Assembly (NCBI RefSeq): GCF_009914755.1
Contig: NC_060934.1
Length of the DNA: 64,000 bases
DNA from: the human T2T-CHM13v2.0 reference genome, Homo sapiens
Direction: 5' to 3' (one strand)
Below are positions 12,801 to 25,918 of this stretch, in pieces (positions within the stretch are counted from its first letter, which is position 1; every line of letters begins with the position of its first letter). The notes beneath the pieces are model-generated. The model worked only from the letters and a program-made list of their open reading frames with translations. It searched no databases and was not told the origin of the DNA. The position numbers and the translations under genes were made by a program.

Positions 12801-15800
12801 ATCAAACCCATTATAAAATGCATATGTAATTATTTCTGTTGAGATGGTGATCACTGATTTTATAATTGCAGATGAAAAATGTGACAATCCTACTTTAAAG
12901 ATGTAACAATCTGCATCCCCTTAGTTAAGCTTTGGAAAGCTTGTTTTGCAGAAGAGTGCACACATATTTTAAAGCATGCATGAAAAATTGAACAAGCTGT
13001 GTAGTTACAATGATGTAACAGCAAAAAATTAGAGAAATGCCACCTGAAATTCATCTGCTTTCCTTCTTTAAAATCCTTTTAAATAAAGTTTTACAAACTA
13101 AACATGGAAACATTGCCTTCATAAAAAACTTAATAGAGTATGTTTCTAAAATAGTCTACATGATCAAGGAGAGGAACGTTCTTTTCTGAGTATCCTGAAA
13201 TATACCCAACACAAGTTCATATATGATTCCTTTTTCAGGGATCTTCTCATACGACTTCAAGAAAAGGTGAATCACATAAACAAAAAAACACGTCCACTTC
13301 TACTGAAAAGAGGGCTAAGCAAGATGCATCCACCCAGTTAACTGTGGTTCGATGGGTGACAAAGCTTTCCACAACGGAGTCTGACTCATCTCTAATAAGT
13401 CATCTTCTTTCTTCTAGTTTCTTCTTCTTTAAGTAATAGTGCACCCAAGAGTATAAGAGCCAAGAAAACAGATCTGCTGTCTATAAAAACTTTTAATTTT
13501 ATTTATGCGAGAATAAATCATGCTTGCAAAAAGGGACTGGCACTTTTCTAAATTAAAGTAATCCCAATAATTGTAATCAAAATTCTTCAGTTGGCTGAAA
13601 CAAAGCCAGCAGAAGCATTAACCTAAATGTCTGACCCACCAACAGCCAGAAATTGCTACTGTTGACATTCAGCTTCAAGAAAAATTGTACGGGAAAAAAA
13701 TGTCAAAAAATTCACAATTCAGTGGAAGGATTTGAAAGAAATGAAAATTTAGAGGGAGGATTTTAAATTCCACATTCAATTAAACAAAAGTTTTCTTTTC
13801 ATTCAGAGACTGTTATTTTGTAGAATGAAAACAGTTATCGTATTTGCTGAAATGCCTTTGTTATAGCTACTCAGTTCTTCTAACAGTTGGTATAAGATTT
13901 GGGGAGAAAATATAAAAAAGGATGTGTTAAACAATTCAGCAATTTAATGTGATGCATACCTAGTTTTAGATTTTTCATGTATTTCTTGAACATACTAATT
14001 ATTTTAAGATTGTTGTATGAAAAATACTTTTAAAGTGGACAGTAGAGATCATTTTCAATTGAGAACCTCAAACCATCACATCATACGCACAGAAAACAGA
14101 GGGATTAAGTGGTGGGATTAAGTCAAATATCTACTAGATATCCCACCTAATTATTCAGAGTCACTCTTAGTATATATTGCAATATTATATTCACAGTACC
14201 CCAACTCACTGGCTTAAATGATAAGCCTGCTTTTGAAATTTATGGAAGAAAATGGAAATTAATTTATGTCATGGAAAAACTATATTCATTAATTTCTGTA
14301 TCATAAAAATAAGGTATTGCACAAATGAAATAAATATTCCCAAGCAGGCTTATTTCACAAATTAAAAATTCATATTTGATTTTCAAAAATATGGTAGAAT
14401 TGGAATATATGGCTTATTGGCTATAGGCTATAACTTAAAAAAAATCTGAATCTTAAACCACACAACATAATGGAACAAACAAGGTGACATTTCATTTTCC
14501 TTTGTCACTGTTTCATTTGTGTACAATGACTAAAATGCTCCTATAATGTGTGATTCATGATGAGTCATTCTTATAAGGGAATACATTTAAAATGTATTAG
14601 TGTAATGAATAAATTCTCGGTTCTTTTTTAAAATTTGAGCACATCAAAAATAATTTCAGATAAATGTCATTTCCCTCTAAGCAAGGCAACTGTGGTTATA
14701 CTTAATTTTGTGTTATTCCATATCCATGGGGCCGCCAACCATAGTTTCATATTTGGGTTGGGTCATATGTCCCTTGATAGTTGTTTTTAGAAGTAGAGAA
14801 GATATTTCAGGATGATGATTAAAACTGAATGAGGCAAAGAAAAGGGCCAGTGGTGAACAAGGATAACAGATAAGGGAAATGCATTCTCTACAGAATTCCA
14901 AATTTGTCCACCACTAAAGAAAAGTCTTATACACTAGACTTTTCTGTATAGTCAGGTGTACAAAAATCTTAAAAGCCAAATCCTCCCAGTTACCTGTTTG
15001 TCAGCAGACTTCATGCCACATTATCTTTTCCTTCCTTGGAAAAGCAAATCAACTCTTATTAATTCTCTCTGCCTGGAATACTTGCCTTCTGGCTCCCACG
15101 TTGCCTCTTAAAAGCCTACCTCTTCATCAAGCCTTTTGCTTTAATCACTCTACTTGGAGGTTTGTTCAAGTATCCAGTCATGCATATAGCCATTCAACAA
15201 ACATCTATATACTCTATTCTATATGCTATGAAATCCACTCGACACTAGGCCAGATATGTAGAAAGAATGCTCACACACATTTAACATACACCATGGTTCT
15301 GCAGTTATTTTTTAGTGTGACTTTTTCTTCTGCATTTAAAACTTCTAAAGGCAGGGGTTATCTTCTCCCATATAGAAAATAGTAAATATATATTTACTAC
15401 TGAATGAGACACATACCAAGAGCATCCATTTTAATAACTTTTACACTTTCTTAAAATAAATGGTATGTTTAAAATTATAAGCTCTATGCCATAGTTATTG
15501 AAACAATGGCTTCTAATGAAAATATTTAGCCTATGCATTTCCATTTTTTTGTTGTTGGTTGTCTGCATTTCACTGACCCAAGCTGTTTCCACGAAGTTCT
15601 TTAAACATAGCGCACAGTAATCTCTCCATTAACAGTGAGTGAATAAGTAGTAATAAAAGCCAAAGGAGGGCAGATGCAGAGTAGCACAGCATTTGTTCTC
15701 TGATAATACATTTTCAGAGATCTGTTACCAAGGGAAGCATAAAACAGGATATGAGTAAAAAAAAATGAAACTACCATTAATACTTGAAATGTCACAATTA

Positions 15801-16419
15801 TGTCGACATTATCTTGAAATAGAAATCTATGAAAATAGAACTATTATTGTTAGAAATTTCATGCATATAAAATTGATCCACAGGAAGTTTTAAAAAGCAG
15901 ATATACACTATAATACCATTGATTTTTCTTGGCATGGTCCTTTGTTGTACCTTATGAAGAAATAGCACTTTTGAGTTGGAACTAAAAGTTCCTTGTCAAC
16001 TGCAAATAATTAATCCTAGGAGCTAGGCATTATTGAGAGGAACCCCAGCAAAGACATGAGTTCTAGAATGAGCTCCATTGTCTACTAGGTATTTGATTTT
16101 GAACAAAGCATACAACATCTCAGTTAATATATCTACCAAAGAAGATGGTACCTAACTTGCTCACCCTATGTGGTTTCTACGAGATTAAATTACAATAAAA
16201 CTGTAAGCAGTTTGAAGGTAGGCGTGCCCTGTTTAAATCAAGAGGTAGTGAAATATATGGTCTCCAAATAAGAAAAGTAGTCAAATGTACATATAGGACA
16301 AAACAGCTCTGAGAGAAGCTGAAATGTACAATTTCACCAGCCACTAAAGTCCCAAGAGACAGCCTCTGCAAGACAAAGAGGTGTCTTCTAGGTCTGTCCA
16401 CCTGGGTCTTCACCCACCA

Positions 16420-16670
16420 TGTATTTATTGAGTGCCTGCTATGAAATCAAGCCCTATTTCAGGCCCTGGTATTATGGCAATGAATATGATAGATACGTTT
16501 TCTTATACCACGAAGCTAATATTCTAGTGGGAGAAAAAAACAAACAACAAAGTAGCTCAAAATTAAGTGCCTCAAAATAATAATACAAAATCAAGAGAGG
16601 AAAAGTCATGGACAAGGGGTACATTTTGGGTGGGTGGAAAGGCCTCTCTGAGATAGTAACATCTGAGAAG
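16420..16670 (-). mobile_element. L2 fragment (other probable L2 pieces at ~4245-4345, 38230-38770, 42230-42620, 46935-47600)
   Basis: tatttattgagtgcctgctatg...ggcctctctgag; degenerate. Confidence 0.6.
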
Positions 16671-16719
16671 GAGGAAGTGATTGATAAGAAGAAAATGACA
16701 GGCTCCTTCACCTTCATTC

Positions 16720-17110
16720 CCTAACTATACCAGGAGTGAACACATGACTACACAGACCAATAAAACATTCTGCCCTAGGAAATCTGGAACCACGACTCTA
16801 AGACAGTTGATCTTGTTAAATGCTTGATGGCCTTGGGTGGCTTGTTTCCACTTGATGGGTCGAGATAATTGATCATCCAAAAAATGAATGAGAGCAGAGA
16901 GACACAGAGATGAGAAACCCCAAGGTCTTGGGAAGATGAAGTCACCTCAGTTCTATATGGCTTTTCAGTTCCTGGTTCTAGTCTTTTCTGAGGGACGACT
17001 GTGTTTTAAGCTCATGGGATCCATGAAATTCATCTGGATCTTTCAGATAAATCCCCTTCTTTGGTGTAAAGTAATCCAAATGGGCTTAATCTTTCTAAAA
17101 CATGGTTATT
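16720..17110 (+). mobile_element. Old MLT1-type LTR
   Basis: cacatgact...gaccaataaaa...taaatccccttcttt motifs; degenerate. Confidence 0.45.
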
Positions 17111-20100
17111 ACAACTGGGTTAAATTGCTCTCTGAGCTCCATCTGGAAGCACATTAGGAAACCATTTACTGAGTTAATCCTAAACACGGTCAGCTAAGAG
17201 AAAGCATGGTACAGTGGGGAAGGTACATGGATGAAGATGGCCATGACAATGAGATTAAGAGACACCATGGTGAGAGCTTCACAAAGCCACACAAAGGACG
17301 GTTTAGAATGTCTCTAAAACTCAAGAGATTGGGCAAATTATTGCATCTTGGCATTTTGAATGTGGAGCTGATGAGACCTATCACCAACATAGCCATTGGG
17401 TTTAGGCTTTACTTGGTTTCCTAAAATAATTCTACCTTTAAAAAGCCTGTCACGACAGTGACAATTTGCTCATGTAAAGGCTTCAGTTTTTTTAAATGTG
17501 CATATCAAAATTTCACTCCAAGTATATTGTAGAAATATTTGCAACAGCATGTATAAAGATATTTATTACTATAGTATCATCTAAGTGAAAAATTGGAAAT
17601 AACAAATATATATCAAAAGGCAACTGGTTTACTAAACTATGATATAGTCATAATGGAACATCAAATAGTTAAAAAGTAATCTAGTAATGCTACATGTATT
17701 GGCATGCAACCATGAGCAAAACACACTGACAAATGGAAAAAAAGGAAACCTTCAGGAAAGAACATATAATATTATCTTAGGTCAAAAATAAGCACGTATG
17801 CGTGCACATTTACATATGTAATGAAAATATGCAGAGAAAAGTCTGTATGACTCTCCTCAAAACTCTTCATTGAGATTTCATCTGATGGTGATTAAAGCGG
17901 GATTTTCATTTTCTGATTTGTTGGTCTCTATATTGTTCATATTTCTTGCTAGTAGGCATCACTTTTCTAATCAGTAAACCAATATTGGTATTAAGCTCAA
18001 TCTATGCCTGTGCAGAAAATAAAAGATAGGTTTAAAAATATAAAAATGGCAAGCAAACTCAGATTTAGAAATGTGAGATAATATTACGTTTTCTTTCTTT
18101 TTAAACTGCTCTGCAATACTGTAAAGAAAGAAATCTAGTGATTTTTACATCTTGTTCATAGAAGCCAACAGTTTTGGAAAAACACAAAGTGCCGAAAGTA
18201 CTAAAAATAACCCCCATACCACCACAGCACCCAGCTTTCACTCAACTCCCTTTGCTATAAATAGCTTAAGAATAACACCCAGACTCTCTAGAGTACTCCT
18301 AAAAGTGTGGCTAAAGATGAAGTCTCACTACTTACTAGGCTAGAATATGGTTTTGGCAAACGAGGGAGTTCCTTTGGGGAAGGAAAATGAGGATTGTCAT
18401 AGCATCCTGACAGGCTTTTCCCAAAAAGCTAAATTGGGAAATCACTGTACTTGGCTTAAAAATAAAGCAGAGACTTTTATTCAGGAGCAGGTAACTGAAT
18501 TATTGCTTTATTTGTGATGATCCTTTTATTTTGGTACAGTAGGCAAAGTTCCTTGTGGGAATCCTTCATTTCTGAGCACTAAAAACTAAAATCTGCTTCC
18601 TTGGGACTGAGCTGCCATAGATTAGCGTGCTCTTAATTTGTAAACTAATTTGTAGTTTGAGAATAGGATGCTTGAGCCAAGAAACATCCTCTCACGTCCC
18701 CTCATACTAGTGAACACCACTCACCAATTACCAACCCTTTGGCTGTAATTTTTTTTAATCCTTTATCTTTTTAATCCTTTTATCTCCTTCCTGTGAATTT
18801 TGGACTCATTTGATGGTACTTCCAAAAAATATAAAAAAATTATATATATGTGAGTCCTACATGAGTCTGCACCCTCAGAAACTGTCCAGTTCTTTTATTG
18901 AGACTGAGATGCTGTATTACAGTTACAATAGCAGAAATTTACCCCACATCCAACCTTAATCTTCCTTACTTTGGGAATGACATTCCCTCAATACACCACT
19001 TTACAACATGAAAAAATGCTAAGAATGTTTGGATTGGCTGTATTCTCTTTTATAAGCAGGGTTGGGTTTTTTGGTTTTATTTCATTTTTGTTTTTCTACT
19101 AAGAAGACAAATCCCGCAGGTTTATTAATTTTAAAAATACCTTATAGCAGATGTGGATAAAAAGAAAGGGGAAAAAAATCACAGAAAGAAATCCAGAGCC
19201 ATTTGATCAATAAAGTACATTATTTATTATTTCAGGACACTAAGGATAATATAATGCATATTTCTTCATTCTGCCCTTGATTAGTCTTTGGATGGAGAGA
19301 GAATTAAAATAATTAGATAATCAGAGAACAAAACCAGAACGTGAGGTTTATCTCTCCTGCCTTGAAATCTCACCTTTCTAAAGGTTAAGATTCCCATTCA
19401 TTCTCTGAGTCATTAATTCAAGCCGTTGAGAGCCCACTCGGCGCAGGTTGAGGTTTGAACCATTACGTTTTCTTTTACTTATTTTAATGATGTTTAAAGC
19501 TGTGGGAGCCAGAAAAATGTACAGCAACAACACTAAGGTAATTAACACCCTACATACCCAACATGATTCAGCTTGTCCTTAGTATGGTTTTGTAGCTGTC
19601 ACTGAAACCAGTAAGTATCCAATAAGTAATCTTTCTAGTAAAATGTCATATTTTAAATAGTCCTTAAGGGATTGCGCTATCTATATTACTTAGAATCTCA
19701 TGAAACTAAGAAACACACATTTTAACTACAATGAAATATATTTTTCCCTTTCACATTGACAAATATCAAAAAGTCTGACAAATATATGTGAAGGCAGAGC
19801 TGTAGGGAAAAAAGATGTCCCATATATGACTGAGAGGAAATATGGGACAATTTGGGAGATACTCTGTGGAAATTTGGCAATATCTATAAATTTAGAGTAT
19901 ACATCTTTTGCCCCTAGATTCCTGTTTCTAGGAATGTATACCACAGAAACATTGATATGCACAAAGATATACATATAAGATATTTACTGCAACATTTGTA
20001 AAAGCTAAAGATTGGAAGTGACCCAAATGTCTATTAATAGGCAAATGGCTAAAGTATTTAAATAAAGTAAGCACTCTCATATATTGACTTGAGCTGTGGT

Positions 20101-21644
20101 GAAGAGCAAGGTATCTCTTCATGGAAAAGGTCAGTTCCAGGGAAAAAAAATACAGACAGATAGGCACACATACACGCATTTTTGTATACACAGGCTATCT
20201 CTGAAAGGGAATTGACAACAGTGATTGCCTCTTTGGGGAGGGATTTCTCTGTTACTGGATAGGTACCCACTATTTATACATTTTTATTTTTATGTCATGC
20301 ACATGTATTTATTCTTAAATATTTTTAATCTCATAAAATTTAATCTAAAATTTTCAATCATTCATTTCCTGAGATATAAATTCCATTTTCTCACAATGCC
20401 CACCTTCTCCCACCTACTTAATTACAATTGTCAAAACCATCAAAGTTTACCTGAAATCCCAGCATGGTGCTTTCCCTAGTCAATCTGTCCAGACTCAATT
20501 CTTTTCTCTTCTAAACTTCTATAGGACATAGAGTTTATGCTTCAATTTGACTTAATAAGCTACTGTGTTATTGTTTTTGTTGCTTCATTTACCATCCTTT
20601 CAATAAGAATGTAAACTCCTCAAGGGGAAAGACAATGGAATGTGAGACAGGGCTATTCCTCTCTGCCTGGCTTGCTACAGTGCAAAACACTCAGTAGGAT
20701 CTAGACACTGGTATGTTGTATGCTCAGAAATTTGTAGAAAGCAAAATGTACTGTATAGAAAACACCGTCCAGAAGGCAACCCAGAGAAGGGGGCAGGCAT
20801 CAGTAAATATCCATATATGTTTTATTCTGAGAGCCCACTTAATGTGTCCTGGCAGGAAATAGTCTTGTTATAGTTCAACCCATTTTGAGATAATACCCTT
20901 TAACTCAACAGACTATCTGATGTTGATGCTGTTATATAAGAGTTTTAAATTAGAATGTAATTATGGTCTCTGGGAAGTAAAGAAGAGTAAAGAAAACATG
21001 ATTACTGAATCCTAAATGTATAAAATAATTTAACATTCTCCTTTGCCACCCCTGCTGCATTTCTGCTTTCTTCAGTACCTCATTTGAAATATGGCTTTCC
21101 ATTTTTCCCCTATATTTAATCACCATTAATAACCTTCAAACTCTGACAGGTTAACAAATTCTTCCTTTAAAACATAATGACTTTGCACTGAACTTCAAGT
21201 TATCTCTAACTGGCAGTTACACATATGAAAATATTATTAGACAGCTCACTCTAAAGTGACAGATTTAGATTTTAATCTAAAACAACACATACAGATATCA
21301 AAATAATGTAAAATTAGTAAGTTCTAGCCATATTCTCTCATTTATAAGGCTGTCTTGATCATTTTGTTTGTGTTAATCTATTGTACTCCTTAACCTAGGA
21401 CAGTTGAAGAAGTCTAAATATTCATCACCAATGTTTGTAAATTTCCATATAGCTTTATCTCAACAAATAATATTTTAACACAAATCCATTTAAAATCCCC
21501 AAGTAATTCAGTGGTAGATGTGTAGTTACATGACTTGCTAGTGAATTAATCATTTTAGGGCGTGGACAATATTTTCAGAAATGGAGTGTTGTGCCATGTT
21601 ATCTTGGCTAAGATTGTCCCTTCTTGATTCTTCCCCGGAAGGCT

Positions 21645-21785
21645 CTTGTAACAAACGCTTGTTTGTTACAAGTTACAAGGTTGATATATCAATATATATG
21701 ATATGATATTAATATATCATATTAATATCATTAATATCATTAATAATATATTAATATATCAACCTTGTAACTTGTAACAAACGCT
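21645..21785. repeat. Hairpin insertion: 29-bp perfect inverted arms, AT filler, 15-bp direct repeat
   Basis: Arms at 21661-21689 and 21754-21782; cttgtaacaaacgct at 21645-21659 and 21771-21785. Confidence 0.95.
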
Positions 21786-22706
21786 GATGTTTTAAAAAAG
21801 TTAAACAACCATAATCAGTAAGTACGAAAGACCCATAAAATAGTAAATCCAAGTCATGACAAACAGTGATGATGCTAGGGTGGGAAGAGGATTGATAAAA
21901 GACTGTAAAGGAAACCTAGGGATGCTTTTAGAAAGACATGATCAGCAACATCAGATGGAACCGAAGAAGAGATGGAAGCCAAATCATACAAGAAAGATAC
22001 CAAAGTTGTGGGAGAGAACAGAAAAGAGAGACTTGAAAACTAGCAGTGTCAGAAATTATTTGTCCAGGGATTGCAATTTCATCTTGTTTTCCAGCTATGT
22101 ATCTCTGGGGAGCATATTGGTGTCTTTTATTGAACTAAATGTTTTGTGAAGGTACTTCCAGAATTGAAATTCTGTGGTTCTAATCAAATGAAAAAAAAAA
22201 AATAGTTCTACAAATACTTCATAGAGTTTCTAGTCAATTTTGTGCTAGCAAGTATTATAAACCTTGGTTATAAAACTTGAAAAAAAAATTCTAGAAGCCT
22301 TCAAGCCTGCAAGTATGATGGCAAGAACAGTTCTTGTAATTCTCATGAATGTGTAAGATTTTCAAGGGATTGAAATACTAGATCTAGTCTAAAATATTTA
22401 TCAAGTCAAAGGAAAGAATATTGTATATCTAGATCTGACTCACAAGGTCAAAAGATCAGGATAGACATACAGAGGGCACTATAAATTAAAATCTGGTTAT
22501 ATGATATTTAGATTTTCTTAAATTAAGGACATTGCACAATGGCTGTATCACCTCAGTTTATATCACTAAAATTATATAATTGTCACAATGCTAAGCCTGT
22601 GCTATCAACCACTTACAAGAAAAGATAATGACATAATGAGTTTTCAGAAGGAGGCCTCAGCCCAGAGGGACTGAGAGATAACTTGCTCTTCAAAACAGCA
22701 TGTTAA

Positions 22707-23080
<374 letters not shown>

Positions 23081-23599
23081 CTGGATAGTCTTTTTATAAT
23101 TACAAGGTACTTCCACATTCACAATTATAGTTACCATGCAATATTATTGCAATTCTTTATTCCATTTTTATCCTTCTGAAAGCAATTGAATTTACAGCTT
23201 ATCACTGAAATTAAAAGGATCTACAGAAATGACTAGCCACTTAAAAATTTAAGGTAAATACTAGGAGTTTTGCATGACTTTAGAGTAAATTCTTATTCCA
23301 GTATATTCTGTACTGATTTTAACTCAGCAATAACCAACATTCCATTACATTCAACTGCTCTATTTATTCCTGCAATTTCACTTCCTTTAGACATTGTGGC
23401 CCCTCCTACAACAAGCAACTGAGCTTAATTTCTGCAAAGAGGTGGAACGTACACACAGAGGAAAAACAATAATTACATTAAAACAATAATTTCATTAAAA
23501 ATGAAACCATATTTAATAAACATTCAAATTAAAAGAAAAGATCAAGAAAGTTTATAACATCAGGCCACTCTATGAGAGGCAGATCCTCTCATAGTGCTT

Positions 23600-24137
<538 letters not shown>

Positions 24138-24138
24138 C

Positions 24139-24374
24139 TTTTCTTTTTTCTTTTCTTTGTTTTTTTAAGACAGAGTATCGCTCTGTTGCCCGGCTGGAGT
24201 GGCGCGATCTCGGCTCACTGCAACCTCCACCTCCTGGGTTCAAGCGATTCTCCTGCCCCAGCCTCCCAAGTAATGTAGCTGGGATACAGGTATGCGCCAC
24301 CACGCCCTGCTAATTTTTGTATTTTTAGTAGAGAGCTGGTCTCGAACTCCTGACCTGGTGATCCACCTGCCTTG
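24139..24374 (-). mobile_element. Second tandem AluS, internally deleted and 5'-truncated
   Basis: gtagagag|ctggtctcgaac lacks the ggggtttcaccatgttggcc segment; similarity stops at cctgccttg. Confidence 0.9.
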
Positions 24375-24402
24375 TCAGGGGAGGGTGGGGAGGGTGGTGG
24401 TG

Positions 24403-24419
24403 GAGACAGACAGAGAGAC

Positions 24420-24452
<33 letters not shown>

Positions 24453-24459
24453 CAGAGAG
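24403..24459. repeat. (GAGACA)n/(GA)n microsatellite
   Basis: Direct read. Confidence 0.95.
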
Positions 24460-24953
24460 AAGGGGCGGGAGGTGGGGAATAGGGAGGAGAATTGCCCTTA
24501 TCAAGCAAATTAACTACATTTTTAGGAAGAGGATAGAACAAAAGACAAGCAGTTACCTATTCAAACTCTTCAAAGTAGTATGAAACCCTGTTTTACAAAC
24601 TGATCTGCAAGCAATATAGAAGGTTGTAGCCATCTGGACATCATAGCCCTAAGTTTTATTTAATTTCTAAGAAAAAAAACTACATAAATTTCCTTTCAGT
24701 AGAAATTATTAGTTAAAATTACAAGATACTGCAAAGGAAACACACAAGTCTGAAACAGCATAATAAGCACCATTTGCTCTGAGGACAGGTTCTCATCATT
24801 TTCTCCCAAAGAGGAAAATTTTCCAAAGTATTTGAAAACGTTCACAGAGAACTTTCATAATACCCAACAATAAATAACACATAGTTTCAGAAAATATCAA
24901 AATACCTGTGTTATATAATCAAATGAATTTCAAACCCATTTTTAAATATTTCC

Positions 24954-25291
<338 letters not shown>

Positions 25292-25879
25292 ATATTTCCC
25301 AAATATTTTAAGTGTGAAAGTTCAAAATAAGGGTTGGGTCCTGATTTATTAACATTCCTCACTTACAGACTTAAGTAGTTAAATATACCTTACTAGTTCC
25401 CATTGATTGCAATAGTTTATTCCTTCATTCTAATGCATAACTAATTCCTAAAATACTATAGTATAGGATTATTATAATTTACATTCTATGTAAATTATAT
25501 GGTTATAAACCATAGAAAAATTTCCCATTCCCAATCTCATTTAATTCTTACAACAATCTCATGAGGTAGACAAGACATCATGCTATCCCACTATTATGGC
25601 TAGGAAAGCTAAAGATGAGAGTTCAGGGCTTTCTATAATAAGAATTTACAGCTTCTGCTCACTTAATCCACAACTTGATACCAAAATCCAAATCATATGC
25701 ACAACAGAAATGTGTAATTGTTAAATTCCTCAATTGGAATATTGTGGGCATTTCCAATTCCCATGGAAATTAAGTAAGAAACCAAGCCTTTATTACCAGT
25801 CCTTCTGAATGACAGAATTATTAAGGAAACCAAGGTAATCAATAATTGCTACACAAATGAGTGAGAGAAGGGCATGTTT

Positions 25880-25882
<3 letters not shown>

Positions 25883-25914
<32 letters not shown>
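25883..25914. repeat. (CA)n microsatellite
   Basis: About 16 perfect units. Confidence 0.97.

Positions 25915-25918
<4 letters not shown>

Noticed and set aside
13395-13481. Minus-strand segment after tttttatag giving TADLFSWLLYSWVHYYLKKKKLEERR* in phase with exon 1e
   Set aside because: Weak polypyrimidine tract, no ankyrin similarity and no independent support; compatible with chance.
21661-21782. Pre-miRNA call for this hairpin and the one at 8150
   Set aside because: Large low-complexity AT loops, no recognisable miRNA, and a repair-scar architecture that explains them better.
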